A stretch of DNA of 64,000 nt from Eledone cirrhosa (taxonomy: Eukaryota): assembly GCA_964016885.1 (NCBI GenBank), contig OZ024741.1, positions 95,542,001 through 95,606,000 on the forward strand, in the 5' to 3' direction. The position numbers and the translations under genes were made by a program. The notes below the pieces were generated by a model, which saw only the letters and a list, made by a program, of their open reading frames with translations, had not been told where the DNA came from and ran no database searches. Every line of letters begins with the position of its first letter. The first letter of the stretch is position 1. Positions 40,292-53,400 of this stretch are shown one piece after another.

Positions 40292-40492
40292 CTTGTGTGT
40301 GTGTGTGTGTGTATCTTGTGTGTGTGTGTGGGGGGGGGGTATCTTGTGTGTGTGTGTGTGCACGCATGAGCATTTATAGATAGGTGTGAGTGTGTGTGTG
40401 TCTATGTATGTGTATGTATATGCATGTTTTTTCGTTTATGTATCTGCGCGTTTTTGTGTATGGCTGTATATGCGTGTATAAATTTGTGAACG

Positions 40493-40573
<81 letters not shown>

Positions 40574-41149
40574 ATGTATATGATTGTGTGTATATGTATA
40601 TGGTTATGTGTGTGTATATGGTTATGTGTGTGTGATTATGTATATGTACATGATTGGTTGTGTGTGTGTGTATGTAAATGGTTATGTGTGTGCATATGTA
40701 TATGATTATGTATATGGTTGTGTGTGTGTATGTAAATAGTCATGTGTATATATATATATATATATATATGGTTATATGTAAATGACTGTGTATATTATAT
40801 GTACTCAACTCTGTGTGTGAAGGTATATTTACTTTCACGCGACTATAAACGAAACCGGATTTTAATGCCTCCCGATAGAATTAATTGTAAATCGTTTCCA
40901 GTAAATATTGTATTTCATGTTGAGTTTTCTAAAACGATTTAGAAGAACTGGAGGTGGAAAGATGGACAAGGAGAAGGGAGATTAAGTATTTATTCAAATA
41001 CTTTTACATTTTTCATTGTTAATACATCTTTTCTTTTACCTTAGCACGAGTTTTATAACGATGTTCAACCCCAGGTTATCCTTAAGGGAAAGACCTATGA
41101 TCTGTAGATAACTTTAATTTGTACACACTTATATACACGCGTATTGAAA

Positions 41150-43010
41150 ATGTATGTCTCTCCCATATTGGTAATTAGTGTGGGTTGGGGCTTGGTTTAC
41201 GGAATATAAGCCTGGAAATATGGATGATGTTTGACAAAGGAAATATGTATGATGTGTTAGATCTAATACAGGTGTCTAGTTCATAGTCGGCTTTGTTTTA
41301 CTGTGTTGTGTTTACCAGTTAGGACATTTAATGGTCTTATTTCCTGGCTGTTTAGTATATAGTTGGTCTTCTTTTCTGAGTGTATTATTTACGTATAAGA
41401 ACATTTGGTGTTCCTATTTCGTGGCTTCACGTTTGTTCTAGAAGTATCTACATTCAGATTTAAGTATGTGACGGTCCTATTTGCTTATTTGCGTATATGC
41501 ATGTCGTACCTTACTGTGGGGATTGGGATCCTCGTTGTCAGGTCACATGTATTAAAAATTCCATTTTGTGGATTTGAATGTTACTACATTGCTAGAGTTA
41601 ATGGATATTTGGATCCGAAAAGTGCCTATTTTTAAAATTTAATTAGAAGCATATGATATTGAGTCTTCATGACGTTGATCTTTTATTGTATGGGGTGAAA
41701 ACAGTGAGATATAAGACATGAATTCTACACCTTAATCAAAGTCTCTTCTTGAGTAGATCCATATATATCAAACTGTTGAAGAAAATCCCAGATATTAATT
41801 TAACTCACTCGATAACAGGATCAATTATTTATAGAAGATAGGTTCTATTTGTCTACAGATTAAATACTATGGGACAACCACTTGAATGAGTTACGGGAAC
41901 TGTTCACTGACTCGGTAGCTTGACCGTCTTGAGCGTGAGGTGTTTGAATCCTTTTCGCAAAGATGGAAATGGATAAAATTAAAGCCCCTGATTTTACTTC
42001 CGCCAGAAGCTTGTTTACTTTCGGTCAGTCGAAGAGAAGTATAAGGAAATGAAGATAGGCGGATTTCAATATTAATTTTAAATAATTCAATTCAATTTTA
42101 TTTGGGGGTATTTTGTTATATGTGTAGGATAATTTTTAATTTTTAATTCATTTAAATATCTATTTCGTGTATACATTCATTTGTATATATTAATCTATTT
42201 AATCGTGTATATATTAATCTATTTAAATTCCATATATTTGTTTAGTTTAAAAGTTTAGGATAAATTTTAAATATATATTTTGTTTATACAAGACTATTTA
42301 ATAGTTTACTTGAATATTTTAGGATATTTCAAATCAACATATATTTTATTAAACATATATTGATTAATAATTTATCTAGGGTAACTTCAATAACTTTTAG
42401 CTGACTTGAGACTGTTCACTGTTGGTTCATCAGACTGAAGTTTCCTTCCTTTTATTCATTTTCGCCTTTTCTGGATTTGATTTTCGTGTTAAGCATTTTA
42501 ACAATAGGTTTTATGCCTTTAGGATGTATTTGTAATTTCACATGGTTCAGGGCGGACTTGGATGGGGTTAACGGTGATTGCAGGGATTTCGGTTTGCTAG
42601 AGGGATAGGGTTCTAGCGTTTTAGATAAAACTTATCTGTTCCTCCCAGATATGGATCTAGTTGGATTATTATATAGAAACTGCGCAATATGACAGCTGCA
42701 GATTGAAAAGTGTTTACCTTCCCCATAATGGTGATTAGAACGGGTTAGTGGTTGCTTTACAGAATATGAGCCAATAAATATGGAGGCTGTCTTAGATTTA
42801 GTGTAGGCATTTAGTGCATAGTTGGCTTTGTTTTTCTGAGTGTATTATTTTGTGACTTAGGACATTCAATGGTCTCATTTCCTGGGTGTTTAGTTAATAG
42901 TTTTTCTGGGTGTATTATTTACGAGTTGGGGCATTCAGTATTTTAATTCATGGATTATTTCATGTTTGCTAAGATTTAAGTATTTAACGGTCCTCTTTAA
43001 TTATCTGTTG
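41150..43010 (-). mobile_element. Highly decayed Penelope-like element remnants (two related pieces)
   Basis: Internal duplication (~41280-41400 versus ~42815-42925). Minus-strand FHPIQ*KINVMK resembles the Penelope RT thumb. A C-terminal IKPIVKMLN-like stretch is followed by a broken CTGATGA core at about 42433. Confidence 0.4.
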
Positions 43011-43036
43011 TTATTACATTATTTTCTGTATTTATA

Positions 43037-43228
43037 AGGGCGGTGAATTGGCAGTATCGGTAGAGGGTTGGACGCCATGCTTTCTAGCATAGTTACGTCC
43101 CTTTACAGTCTGAGTTCAAATCCCGCCGAGGTTAACTTTGCCTTTCATCCTTACGGAGTCGATAAAATAAAGTACCAGTAATGTACTGAGTTGTTGCTGG
43201 CCTTGTGCCTAAAGTAGAAACAATTATT
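43037..43228 (+). mobile_element. Meta-like SINE, full length
   Basis: Near-consensus copy. Confidence 0.9.
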
Positions 43229-44109
43229 TTTTGTATTTTACAATGCAAAGCTTCTCGATGAATGTTCAAATTTTCAATTGTCACTTGTTTTTCAATCTCG
43301 CGCGCACGCGCTATGGTTAGCTACAGCTAATTGAATAATAATTTTTCTACGGAAAATACATTTAAAATCAGATAAATGCAGTACACTTACGCTCTTAGAA
43401 TCTGAAATAGAATCAACTCCCTCTATATATCCTATTACACCAAGAATTTGAAAAGTAGTGGAATTACCAATATCCCTACAAGCTGAGGCATTGTCGTAGA
43501 TGTAAACTCATGTTGAAACAGATCAAAAGTTTGCAACCTTTACCTAAAAAATATGTTGAAAAAATCTGAAGTTTTGTCTGCGGGGAAGTATATGAACAGA
43601 TTCCTTTTGAAAAATTTAATTTCAAGCCGTATAATCTACAAGTAAAAAGCATACTGACCCTTTTTACAAAATTTCTTACACTCACTCACCAGGAACCTAC
43701 CTGTCCCACCTTGCCATGCATCTTTTCATCTGACCAAATCAGATCAAGGAAAATCGAATAATTCGATGCGACTTGTGAGTGTAATTCATGAATCTCCTGC
43801 TAAGTTCTTTCATTCATTTTGTCGCCTGAAAAAACTGCACGGAGTGAATCGTCAACTTCGAAAGAACCCTGCACCCCACATGCCCACACACCATCGTGGT
43901 TCTGTATGTGTGTAGTCCTTAATATTTTTGCTTCAAACCTTGGTTCATTTTTTTCTTGTTCTTTATAGTTCTGCAACACTTTGTTTGTAGTTGGACGTCT
44001 ATGACTCAGATTTCCTTCATGTCTTTGATTTACTATTGCCTGTTGTAAATTTAAAAGCTGTTTCTTCATTTCTTTAATCTCATCTTCTGAGTCTCTAACT
44101 TTCTTTCAA

Positions 44110-44181
44110 TATTGTTATTGATTTCTCTCACTGAATTGATTATTTTCTTTCTTCCTCTATCAGTATAGTTCAATAGTTCAA

Positions 44182-44212
<31 letters not shown>

Positions 44213-44321
44213 CTTCTTCTTCTTCTTCTTCTTCTTCTTCTTCTTCTTCTTCTTCCAACATTTACACACTCTCGTGTGTTTTGTTTCTCGCCTTTTTTCT
44301 TTTCTTTCTTTTTAATGACGT
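44110..44321. repeat. Unclassified repeat end abutting (TATG)n, copy 1
   Basis: (CTT)n..CATTTACACACTCTCGTGTGTTTTGTTTCTCGCCTTTT..ATGACGT is shared with ~49010-49322. Confidence 0.7.
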
Positions 44322-44372
44322 GTGTATGTATGTATGTATGTATGTATGTATGTATGTATGTATGTATGTATG

Positions 44373-44402
<30 letters not shown>

Positions 44403-44403
<1 letters not shown>

Positions 44404-45006
44404 GGTCACCAGTTGGTGCTACTGGTAACATGTATCCCAGTACAACCTGTCTCATGGTCGGGTCGTTGGCGACTAAACTGGCAACCCCACCAAGGTTTCT
44501 TGGTGAGGAGGGTGACTTTGGACGTCCTGCAGGACTAAAACAAAACCTGTCAAAGGGCAAAGGAACTCTTAAGAGTCAATGGCCATCCAAAATCACCGGG
44601 AGAGATGACCCCTTAGCCTTTGTCAAGGCAGAATTCTAGGAGAAGGAAAACTCTGATATAACACCTGCAACTCTGATGGTATCCAATGATGTTGGCTTGT
44701 TCCTCTTTTTGGTAAATATCATCTTGGTTAAGAGAGTGGGACTGGCTTTGTGCAGTGCCTTTGCTCACTATAAAAGCTTCACGGCACAGGCATTGCTTTA
44801 TATCTGGAGATCTCTCTGCACTTGTCGTCACATGGTACCAAAGGCAATGCACTATGTGTCAATAATTGTCACAAGTGTAGTGTTTGTACCAGAGTTTTCA
44901 AGTCGCTGGCTGGACTAAAGAGTCACACTCGTTCAGCGCATCGGTAGGGGTTCTCCTACATGGATATAAAGTAGTGGCCGTACTCGAAAACGAGTTGGCA
45001 GTCACC
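44403..45006 (+). mobile_element. Non-autonomous bipartite derivative of the zinc-finger RTE family
   Basis: 44634-44796 aligns with the RTE 5'UTR at 50169-50351. 44870-44947 encodes HKCSVCTRVFKSLAGLKSHTRSAHR*, matching the last RTE finger. The tail GGCCGTACTCGAAAACGAG..GGCAGTCACC matches 54225-54256. Flanked by (TATG)n on both sides. Confidence 0.85.
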
Positions 45007-45087
45007 ATGTATGTATGTATGTATGTATGTATGTATGTATGTATGTATGTATGTATGTATGTATGTATGTATGCATGTATGTATGTA

Positions 45088-45226
45088 AGAAACTCCTTTC
45101 CAGAAATAACTTCTGGAAAAAAGAGGACATGTGTGACGTCTGAACGAATATCCTCCACCTCCAACTATCTTACCCTCCGCCTCTGTGCCCCGGTCGACAG
45201 GATGGAGAATACATTGCCCCGTAGGA
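45088..45226 (-). mobile_element. CRE-like 3' end with a (TACA)n tail
   Basis: Near-identical to 62359-62498, which continues into CRE endonuclease-coding sequence. Confidence 0.75.
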
Positions 45227-45228
45227 CG

Positions 45229-46255
45229 TTCACTTATTCATGAGAGGGTCGTGGGGACAGAGTCCCTAAACACTCCTTCCAGCGGATCCTGTCAGAAGTA
45301 ACCATTTTCAAATGACTCGGCTGGATCCTCTAACGAGAGCAGCCGAGCTCATGGATGTTATCCAACCGGCTTACTCTGGGTCTACTCTTGTGCCCTTCCG
45401 GTTGGTTTTACCCGTAAAATCTGTACAACGATTCTTTTCTGAAACATTCTAATCACATGGCCATAATACCCGAGCTGAGAAGTAGCGACTCTACCTGGAG
45501 TAACTCTCCGATGTCATAGCCACGCACTCTATTGAGTAACGTTACTCCAGAGACCCTTCAGAGGAACCCCATTTCAGCCGTTTGTATTCGCGATCGTATT
45601 CTTTCAGTCATTACCCAAGGTTCATAGCCATAGGCAAGGGCCGGCCGAATGCCGAATTGAAGATGGTAAATTTTGCTTTTACACCTACCTCCCTTCTTCT
45701 GATAACTGAATGTTGAGGCTGGCACATTACTGCACCAGCTCCTGCAATTCTTTCACTTAATTCAGCCTCTTACCTTCTATTGCTCGTGAACAGGACCCCA
45801 AGATACTTGAACTTCTCCACCTGCTTTAGTGTAACTCCATTCACATATAGCGTGTACTGCGCAGGCTACCTTAAAAAGATGAGCGTCTCAGATTTCGCAG
45901 CACTGATTTTCATTTCAGCCATGCAGCACTCGGCATCAAACCTATCAAGTGTATATCAGAGATCACCTTCTGTCAAGTTAGGTAACACCATGTCATCTGC
46001 AAATTCCTTGCCAGACGTAATTCCACTTCCAATCTAGTTACGCATGCCAATCCTGTTCATGTAAATAATGAACAAGAGAGGTGACAGTACGTACCCTTGG
46101 TGGACTCCAACTTCCACATTGAATTGTTTCGATTTAGAACCATTTATCCGAACATAAATACTCGGACATTCGTATAGACACACTAGGCAACAAGAAGTTG
46201 ACCATCGATCCCATACTCATGCAGAGCCTTCTACAGTCCAGTGGTACGCCTTCAT
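45229..46255 (-). mobile_element. RTE-clade (Expander/Rex3-like) LINE fragment, decayed RT plus 3' end
   Basis: Minus-strand remnants VGVHQGYVLSPLLFIIYM, FADDMVL, VEKFKYLGV and SRIQTAEMGFL. Homologous to 11289-11757. Confidence 0.85.
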
Positions 46256-46479
46256 ATTTATCTATCTAACCTAATTCTCTTTATAGTACTATTTCTCTCC
46301 TCCACTCAGCCAAAATCCAGCTTCCTTTTTTCACATTTCTTTAGTTCGACAAGAAAATGGAAACCATGAGTTAAAAAAACAAAACCACATGCCTTGGCCT
46401 TTTATAATATTGATTCAAATATTTTTAAAACAAATATTAATTATAGAAAAACAAACAACAGCGTCATTAGGAAGACATT

Positions 46480-47052
46480 AACAAACAACAAAGCTCCAAT
46501 AACAGTAATAACGAAAACAATCGAACTGCAACGACAACAACAACAGGAACAACAACAGCAGTAGCAATAAGAATAAAAACGATAGTAACAGCAACAGCAG
46601 CAGCAACAGGAGCAACAGCAACAGCAGCAGGTGCAATAACAATAATAATAACACCAGCAACATCAACAACAACAACAGCAGTAGCAGCAACACCACCAAC
46701 AACTTTAAGCAACAACAGGTGCAACAGGAACAATAATAGCAGCAGCAGCAACACCACCGCCACCACCACCACCACCACCACCACCACCACCACCATCACC
46801 ACCACCATCACCACCACCAACACCACTACCACCACCACCACCACCAACACCACCACCACCACCAACAACAACACCATCACCACCATCACCACCACCAACA
46901 CCACTACCACCACCACCACCACCAACACCACCACCACCACCACCACCACCGCCACCAACACCACCACCACCACCACCACCGCCACCAACACCACCACCAC
47001 CACCAACAACAAAAACTTTAGCAGCAACAACAGGTGCAACAGCAATAATAAT

Positions 47053-47090
<38 letters not shown>

Positions 47091-47160
47091 TAACAACAAC
47101 AGTAGCAGTAGCAGCAGCAACAACAACAACAACAGCAGTAGCAGCAACACCAACAACCAA
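46480..47160. repeat. Compound (CAA/CAG/CAC)n trinucleotide repeat
   Basis: Direct inspection. Confidence 0.9.
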
Positions 47161-47587
47161 AAAACGAGGAACTTTAACATCATCAAACGACATGCTAGAA
47201 ATAACATCTAAATCTCCTCCATATTTCACCCACATCATTAAAAAAAGGAAGGACAGTAAAGGTGATAAAGATTAAAGAGGGACACCACTAGAATGTCTGT
47301 GAAAATAAGTCTACTCGATCAGGGCCGACCTGGGGCTAAACAAGAACAGCATAACCAAAGGAACCTCTACGTGGTCACCCGAGCTGCTAGAAACAGCAGC
47401 CACATTTCCATCAAATCGTACCCTCTCGTTTTAGAAAAAGACGCGTTGGATAATAGCGTCTTGAGTCCCCTGTCCATCGGATAAAGACGGGATGTTCACG
47501 GTTGAAAAGTCTTTAATTATATGTCTGACCTGAGGCTAAACGACAACAGTAAGAACATCATCTATAACGTTATCATTGTAAGATAAT

Positions 47588-47808
47588 AGGGCGGTGGATT
47601 GGCAGAATCGGTAGAGCATCGAACACTATGCTTTGCGGCATAGAGTTATGGCCATTTACGTTCTGAGTTCAAATTCCACCAAGGTTAGCTTTGCCTTTCA
47701 TCCTTACGGGGTCGATAAAATAAAGTACCAGTCATGCATTGGGTCGATTTAATCGAGTTTCCCCTCTCCCCAAATTGCTGGCCTTGTGTCTATAGTAGAA
47801 ATCATTAT
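47588..47808 (+). mobile_element. Meta-like SINE, long subfamily
   Basis: Full consensus plus the GGGTCGATTTAATCGAG..CCCCAAATT insert. Confidence 0.9.
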
Positions 47809-47895
47809 AAGACAGTGGATTGGCAAACATATATGCACGCATACATGCTTTCACATACACACAAATACATACATGCTTATTTATGTATCTATCTA

Positions 47896-48718
47896 GGCGT
47901 AGAGGAGGACGAACTGGCCAGTCTGTTCGGTAGGACCTTCCGCCCGGGACCGATGGACAACTTCTAAAAGTCCCTGGCCTGGCAGTTCTACCGAGGAGCT
48001 CTACCAGTTCGAGACAAACTCTACAGACACGGGCGCCCGGGCAGGGACCCTTAGTCTGAGATCTGTCCGAGATGCGTGCGCGACGAGGAAACCGTCGCGC
48101 ACGCATTTGTACACTGCCCGGGCGTTACCAACTTGTGGGGTTATGTAGAACGACTTTTGTCGCGGGTGGGACCAATCCAGTTGACCACCGAGTCCATTGT
48201 CATGATCAAACCGCCACCCTCCTTCAAAAAAAAAAAAAATAGGAGGGGCGGTTTTCCGATGTGTTATGGCTATGGTGAAAGAGGTTATATGGTGGACGAG
48301 GTTAAAAGGGCTGAGGTCAGACACCTTTCTCTCCGGCCAACAACTGATTCGTTTTTTCAAATATCATTTTGGAAGAAGAATCAGGATGGAGAGAGAGGTG
48401 CTGTACCCCAGCAAATTTTATGAAAGGTGGGTGAATGTGGCAAAGATGGCCCGCATGGTTGGGCCTTCTCTCTATAAGCCTGTAGGTTGAGGAAAAAGAG
48501 GAAGAGAGGAAGTGGGTACTCACACTTGGTGCTCCTGGAGATGAGGGTTGTACATTTTTTCGGGGTGTGTACAACCCCTGTGTAACGCATCCCCCCTATT
48601 GGGGATTTCAATTGTTATTTGTTATTTTATTAATAGTTTTATTTTCATATACCTGTATGTAAACTCTCCATTTGTATTTGTCACCTTCTTTTGTGCCCTT
48701 GTGGCTAATAAAGAAATT
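47896..48718 (+). mobile_element. 5'-truncated Tx1/L1-clade LINE 3' end
   Basis: LAWQFYRGALPVRDKL..CPRCVRDEETVAHAFVHCPG (zf-RVT-type CCHC). AATAAA at the end. Flanked by the direct repeat TATCTATCTA (47886-47895 and 48719-48728). Confidence 0.85.
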
Positions 48719-48759
48719 TATCTATCTACTTATCTATGTATATTTATATCGATACGTAC

Positions 48760-48879
<120 letters not shown>

Positions 48880-49009
48880 TATAGAAACAGGATATCGGCT
48901 GTTATGTAATTTCAATGAATGTTTTCACCGTTTATCAAAAGAAAACGAAACAGTTTTGTATGAAAAGATTTCCGCTGAAGTCAGTTAATCGTTTTCTAAT
49001 CAATAAATT

Positions 49010-49322
49010 AACGTATGTCTCTCACTGAACTGACCATACATCGTTTCTTTCTTTCCTATTGACATCTTTAAAGTTGTCTTTTACATGTCAACATCGCCTT
49101 CTGTTCAATAGTTATACATAGTTTCATAGTTCACTGTTGCTAGTGTCACTCATATAAACATAACGCGCCATTAGACTCTTCTTCTTCTTCTTCTCATCCT
49201 ACTCCTCCTCATCCTCGTCATCCTTCTTCTTCTTCTTCTTCTTCTTCTTTCCCATAACCATTTACACACTCTCGTGTGTTTCGTTTCTCGCCTTTTTTTC
49301 TTTTCTTTCTTTTTCATGACGT
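49010..49322. repeat. Unclassified repeat end abutting (TATG)n, copy 2
   Basis: Homologous to 44110-44321. Confidence 0.7.
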
Positions 49323-49442
49323 AAGTATGTATGTATGTATGTATGTATGTATGTATGTATGTATGTATTACAACAACAACAACAACAGCGGCATCAAAAC
49401 ATAAAAAAAAGGAAGGGAAAAGAAAAAAGAAAAGGGAAGGGG

Positions 49443-49495
<53 letters not shown>

Positions 49496-50005
49496 AGAAA
49501 AAAAAAAAAGAAAGGAAAAAAAAAAAAAAAAAAAAAAAAAACTCAAAATAACAAAACACACACACACACAACAGAACAACAACATCAACTGCCACCACCA
49601 CCACCACCGCCACCGCCGTCGCCATCACCATCACCAGCGACCTGGCCTTAAGAACAACTTTAATAATAATTTTTCTGCTTTTGGCACGGATCCAGCGACT
49701 GGCCAGCGCATCACTGGTACTCTCTTTTGTTGACTCCGTGGAGAGCCATAACTCTATGCTGTAAAGCAATTATAGTAATACTGGACTGTAATACGATCGG
49801 CTTCAACTATACAAACTCTTGAAAGTCAACAGTTGACATAATCTGGTAATCTTGTATCAGTAATGACGGTAATATATATATATATATGTGTGTGTGTAAG
49901 TGAGTAGAGTAGCGTGTGTGTGTGTTTGTTGTGTGTGTGAGTGTTGCTGTGTGCACGCATATGTATGCGTGTGTGTGTATGTCGTACGTATAAGTGTCAA
50001 TAAGT

Positions 50006-50077
<72 letters not shown>

Positions 50078-50079
<2 letters not shown>

Positions 50080-50380
50080 GCGGGGACATAGAAATAATCG
50101 GGCTGGATGCCCGATCGCGCAGTTAAACCACTGGGAGTGAAGAACCCCTAGCCCATGTCAGGGTATTCTTCTAGGAGAAGGCATCTCAGGAAACTGGGTT
50201 AACTCCGATATAAAACCTGCGGCTCAGTAGTTACCGATGATGTTGATCTTTTCTTCTTTTCGGGTTATAGCTACTGTCGCTCAGAGAGTGGGATTGGTTC
50301 AGTGCACAGTCTTTCCTCACTTTAAAAATATTCGTCACGCACAGGCATTGCACGAGTGCATTAATAATTATTAATAGTGT

Positions 50381-50415
<35 letters not shown>

Positions 50416-50420
50416 TATTA

Positions 50421-50461
<41 letters not shown>

Positions 50462-53400
50462 CCCAATTCAATGATGTTCCAGAACAATGTAAACGAGATA
50501 ATTGCCAATTTGGGTTCTGGAACAAAAAAGATCATTGGCAATAAGGGCAGGGGCCCCAAGTTATCACAACCTGGGCCCGCCCGTCATCGTGCCATTGTAA
50601 TAGAGCCAAACAGGGCATTTAGTCTTGGCTGCTGGAACGTACGGACGCTGCTTGACAGGGATTCTTTGGAGCGTCCTGAACGAAGGACCGCTCTTGTTGC
50701 GAAGGAGCTTCGACGTTACGATCTTGACATCGTGGCTTTGTCTGAGACGAGGTTAGCTGGAGATGGTCATCTTACGGAATTTTGTGGAGAATATACATTC
50801 TTCTGGAAAGGAAGAGATGAAGGAACCAGAAGAGAGGCTGGGGTAGGATTTGCTGTTAAGACTGTACTGGTGAATAAATTGGAAGAATTCCCAGTGGGGA
50901 TTAGTGAGCGTCTTATGTCCATGAGAGTTCCGCTGGACAAGGGAAGATATGCTACCCTGGTGAGTGTGTATGCTCCAACTATGAATTCTGTCGATGAAGA
51001 AAAACTGTCCTTTTACCATGCCTTGAAAGGTGTTTTAAGAAATATCCCTCAGGCAGACAAAGTCATCGTGCTTGGTGACTTTAATGCTAGAGTGGGTAGG
51101 GATTTTAACACATGGAATGTAATCGGAAGGCATGGGGTGGGAAAGTGTAACAGCAATGGTATGCTCTTGCTGCAGATGTGTGAGGAGCTGGATCTGTGTG
51201 TTACCAACACCATGTTCCAACAAAAGAACAAATTCAAGACCACATGGATGCATCCTGCATCTAAGGAATGGCATCTTTTGGACTACGTCCTAGTCAGGAT
51301 GCGTGACAGACAGGATGTGCGGTGTGTTCGTGTTCTTCGTGGAGCTGAGTGCTGGACGGACCACCGCCTGGTACGCGCAAAAGTGAATCTAATCACCAAA
51401 CGTAAAATCCGGGCTCCTGGTGTTGCCCTGCCCAAAAGATTGAATGCTGCTCGTCTTGAGGATAAAAATGTGAAGAGGACATTGGAAGAAGAGATGCAGG
51501 CTGCAGATCTTGGTGAGGATTGGCCGACCCTTAAAAAGTCGGTTTATGATGTAGGCAGACGTGTTCTGGGATTGGTGCAGAGAAAACATCAGGACTGGTT
51601 TAATGAGAAAGATGTGCATATAGATGACTTGTTGGCTGATAAGAGGCGCGCTCTGTCACGCTACTTGACGGCAAGACCACAGGAGAGGAATACGTTGCAT
51701 GAGGAGCTCAGGGATGTAAAATCACGTGTTAGGCGGAGTCTTTCTCAGATGAAGGATCAGTGGTGGAGTGAGAAGGCTGGTGAGATACAAACTGCGTCTG
51801 ATTGCAATAACACAAAGCTGTTGTACAGTCTCTTGCGTGAGGTTTATGGACCGTCTTCTTCTCTGGTGACACCGATTCGCAGCAGGGATGGCAAAGAACT
51901 TCTTCGTGACTCGCAGGGAATTCTACGAAGGTGGCGGGAGCACTTTGATGATCTTTTGAATCAGCCGTCTGTCGTCAGTGAGGATTTCCTCAATCTCATT
52001 CCGGAAAGTCCTGTGAAAGTAGCTCTCGCAGAGCCTCCGACACTTGTGGAGGTTGCAGTGGCTATTTCGAAGCTGAACAGTGGAAGATCTCCAGGTATGG
52101 ATGGCATACATGCTGAGCTCCTACAATATGGTGGTGAGAGACTCCTGCAACATCTTCACTCTCTGTTTGGAAGGATATGGGCTAATGAATCCGTGCCTGA
52201 GGACTGGAGAGATGCAGTAATGGTGGTCTTGTACAAGGGAAAGGGTAACAGGAATGATTGTGGGAACTACAGAGGTATATCATTGCTTTCTGTCGTGGGG
52301 AAAGTTTTATGTAGGGTGCTTCTGGACCGTCTGCTGACACACATTGCAGATTGTGTCCTTCCTGAAAGTCAATCTGGTTTTCGTGTTGGACGCGGCACTA
52401 CTGATATGATCTTCTCAGCTAGACAGCTCCAGGAGAAGTGCATTGAACAGGGCTTGAATCTGTATCAGGTTTTTGTCGATCTGACAAAGGCTTTCGATAC
52501 TGTCAACAGAGATGCATTATGGAAGGTTCTCCAGAAACTTGGTTGCCCTGATAAGTTCCTTGCTTTAGTTAGGTCTTTCCATGACGACATGAAGGCTTGG
52601 GTTAATGTCGGAGGTAACATGTCGGAGCCTATCTCAGTAAAAAATGGAGTGAAACAGGGGGATATTCCAGCACCGACCCTGTTTGCCATATACTTTGCAA
52701 TGGTTTTCTGTGTTGCATTCAGGAATTGCGAGCATGGTGTTTACATCCGATATCGAACCTCAGGCAGCATATTTAACATCAGGCGCTTTGCTGCGAAGAC
52801 AAAAGTATTTACATCAGTCATAAGAGACCTCTTGTATGCAGATGATTGCGATCTTGTAGCGCACACAGAGAGTGATATGCAGCACATTTTGAATGTATTT
52901 TCTGACGCTTGCACTGCCCTGGGTTTGACTGTCAGTCTCAAGAAAACCGTCGTCATGTACCAACCTGCACCTGGTGGGCAGTACACTGAACCAAACATCT
53001 ATGTGTATGGCAAACGACTTGGAGTGGTTGATCAGTTTGTCTACCTGGGAAGCACTGTCAATCGATACGGCAACCTTGACGGTGAAATCTCACTTAGGAT
53101 TAGGAAAGCAAGTGATGCTTTCGGAAAGCTAGAAAGGCGACTCTGGGGTCGGCGAGACATATGCAGGAGGACAAAGGTAAGGGTGTACAGGGCATGTGTA
53201 CTCTCTTGTCTTCTTTATGCCTGCGAGACCTGGGTCACATATCGACGCCACCTTAAGCAATTGGAGCGTTTCCATCAGATGTGTCTCAGACGGATACATG
53301 GCGTTCGCTGGAGGGACCACATCAGTGATGTCGAGATTTTGGAAAGCTCTATGTGTGACAGTATAGAAGCTCTTGTGCTTAAGCAGCGACTCCGTTGGAG

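Noticed and set aside
44404-44517. HDV-like ribozyme at the mini-RTE 5' end (GGUCACC/GGUGACU helix)
   Set aside because: A P1-like helix is present, but I could not place P1.1, P3/L3 or the J4/2 catalytic C.
46467-47238. Poly-Leu/Val/Gly ORFs; also poly-His/Met/Pro ORFs at 16.1 and 62.5-63.6 kb
   Set aside because: They are trinucleotide repeats with no domain content or splice support.
49442-50461. Very long poly-A and poly-T runs (49442-49541, 50008-50077, 50425-50461, also 54180-54215)
   Set aside because: Their lengths may reflect sequencing or consensus error in low-complexity tracts, so they were not interpreted as functional.
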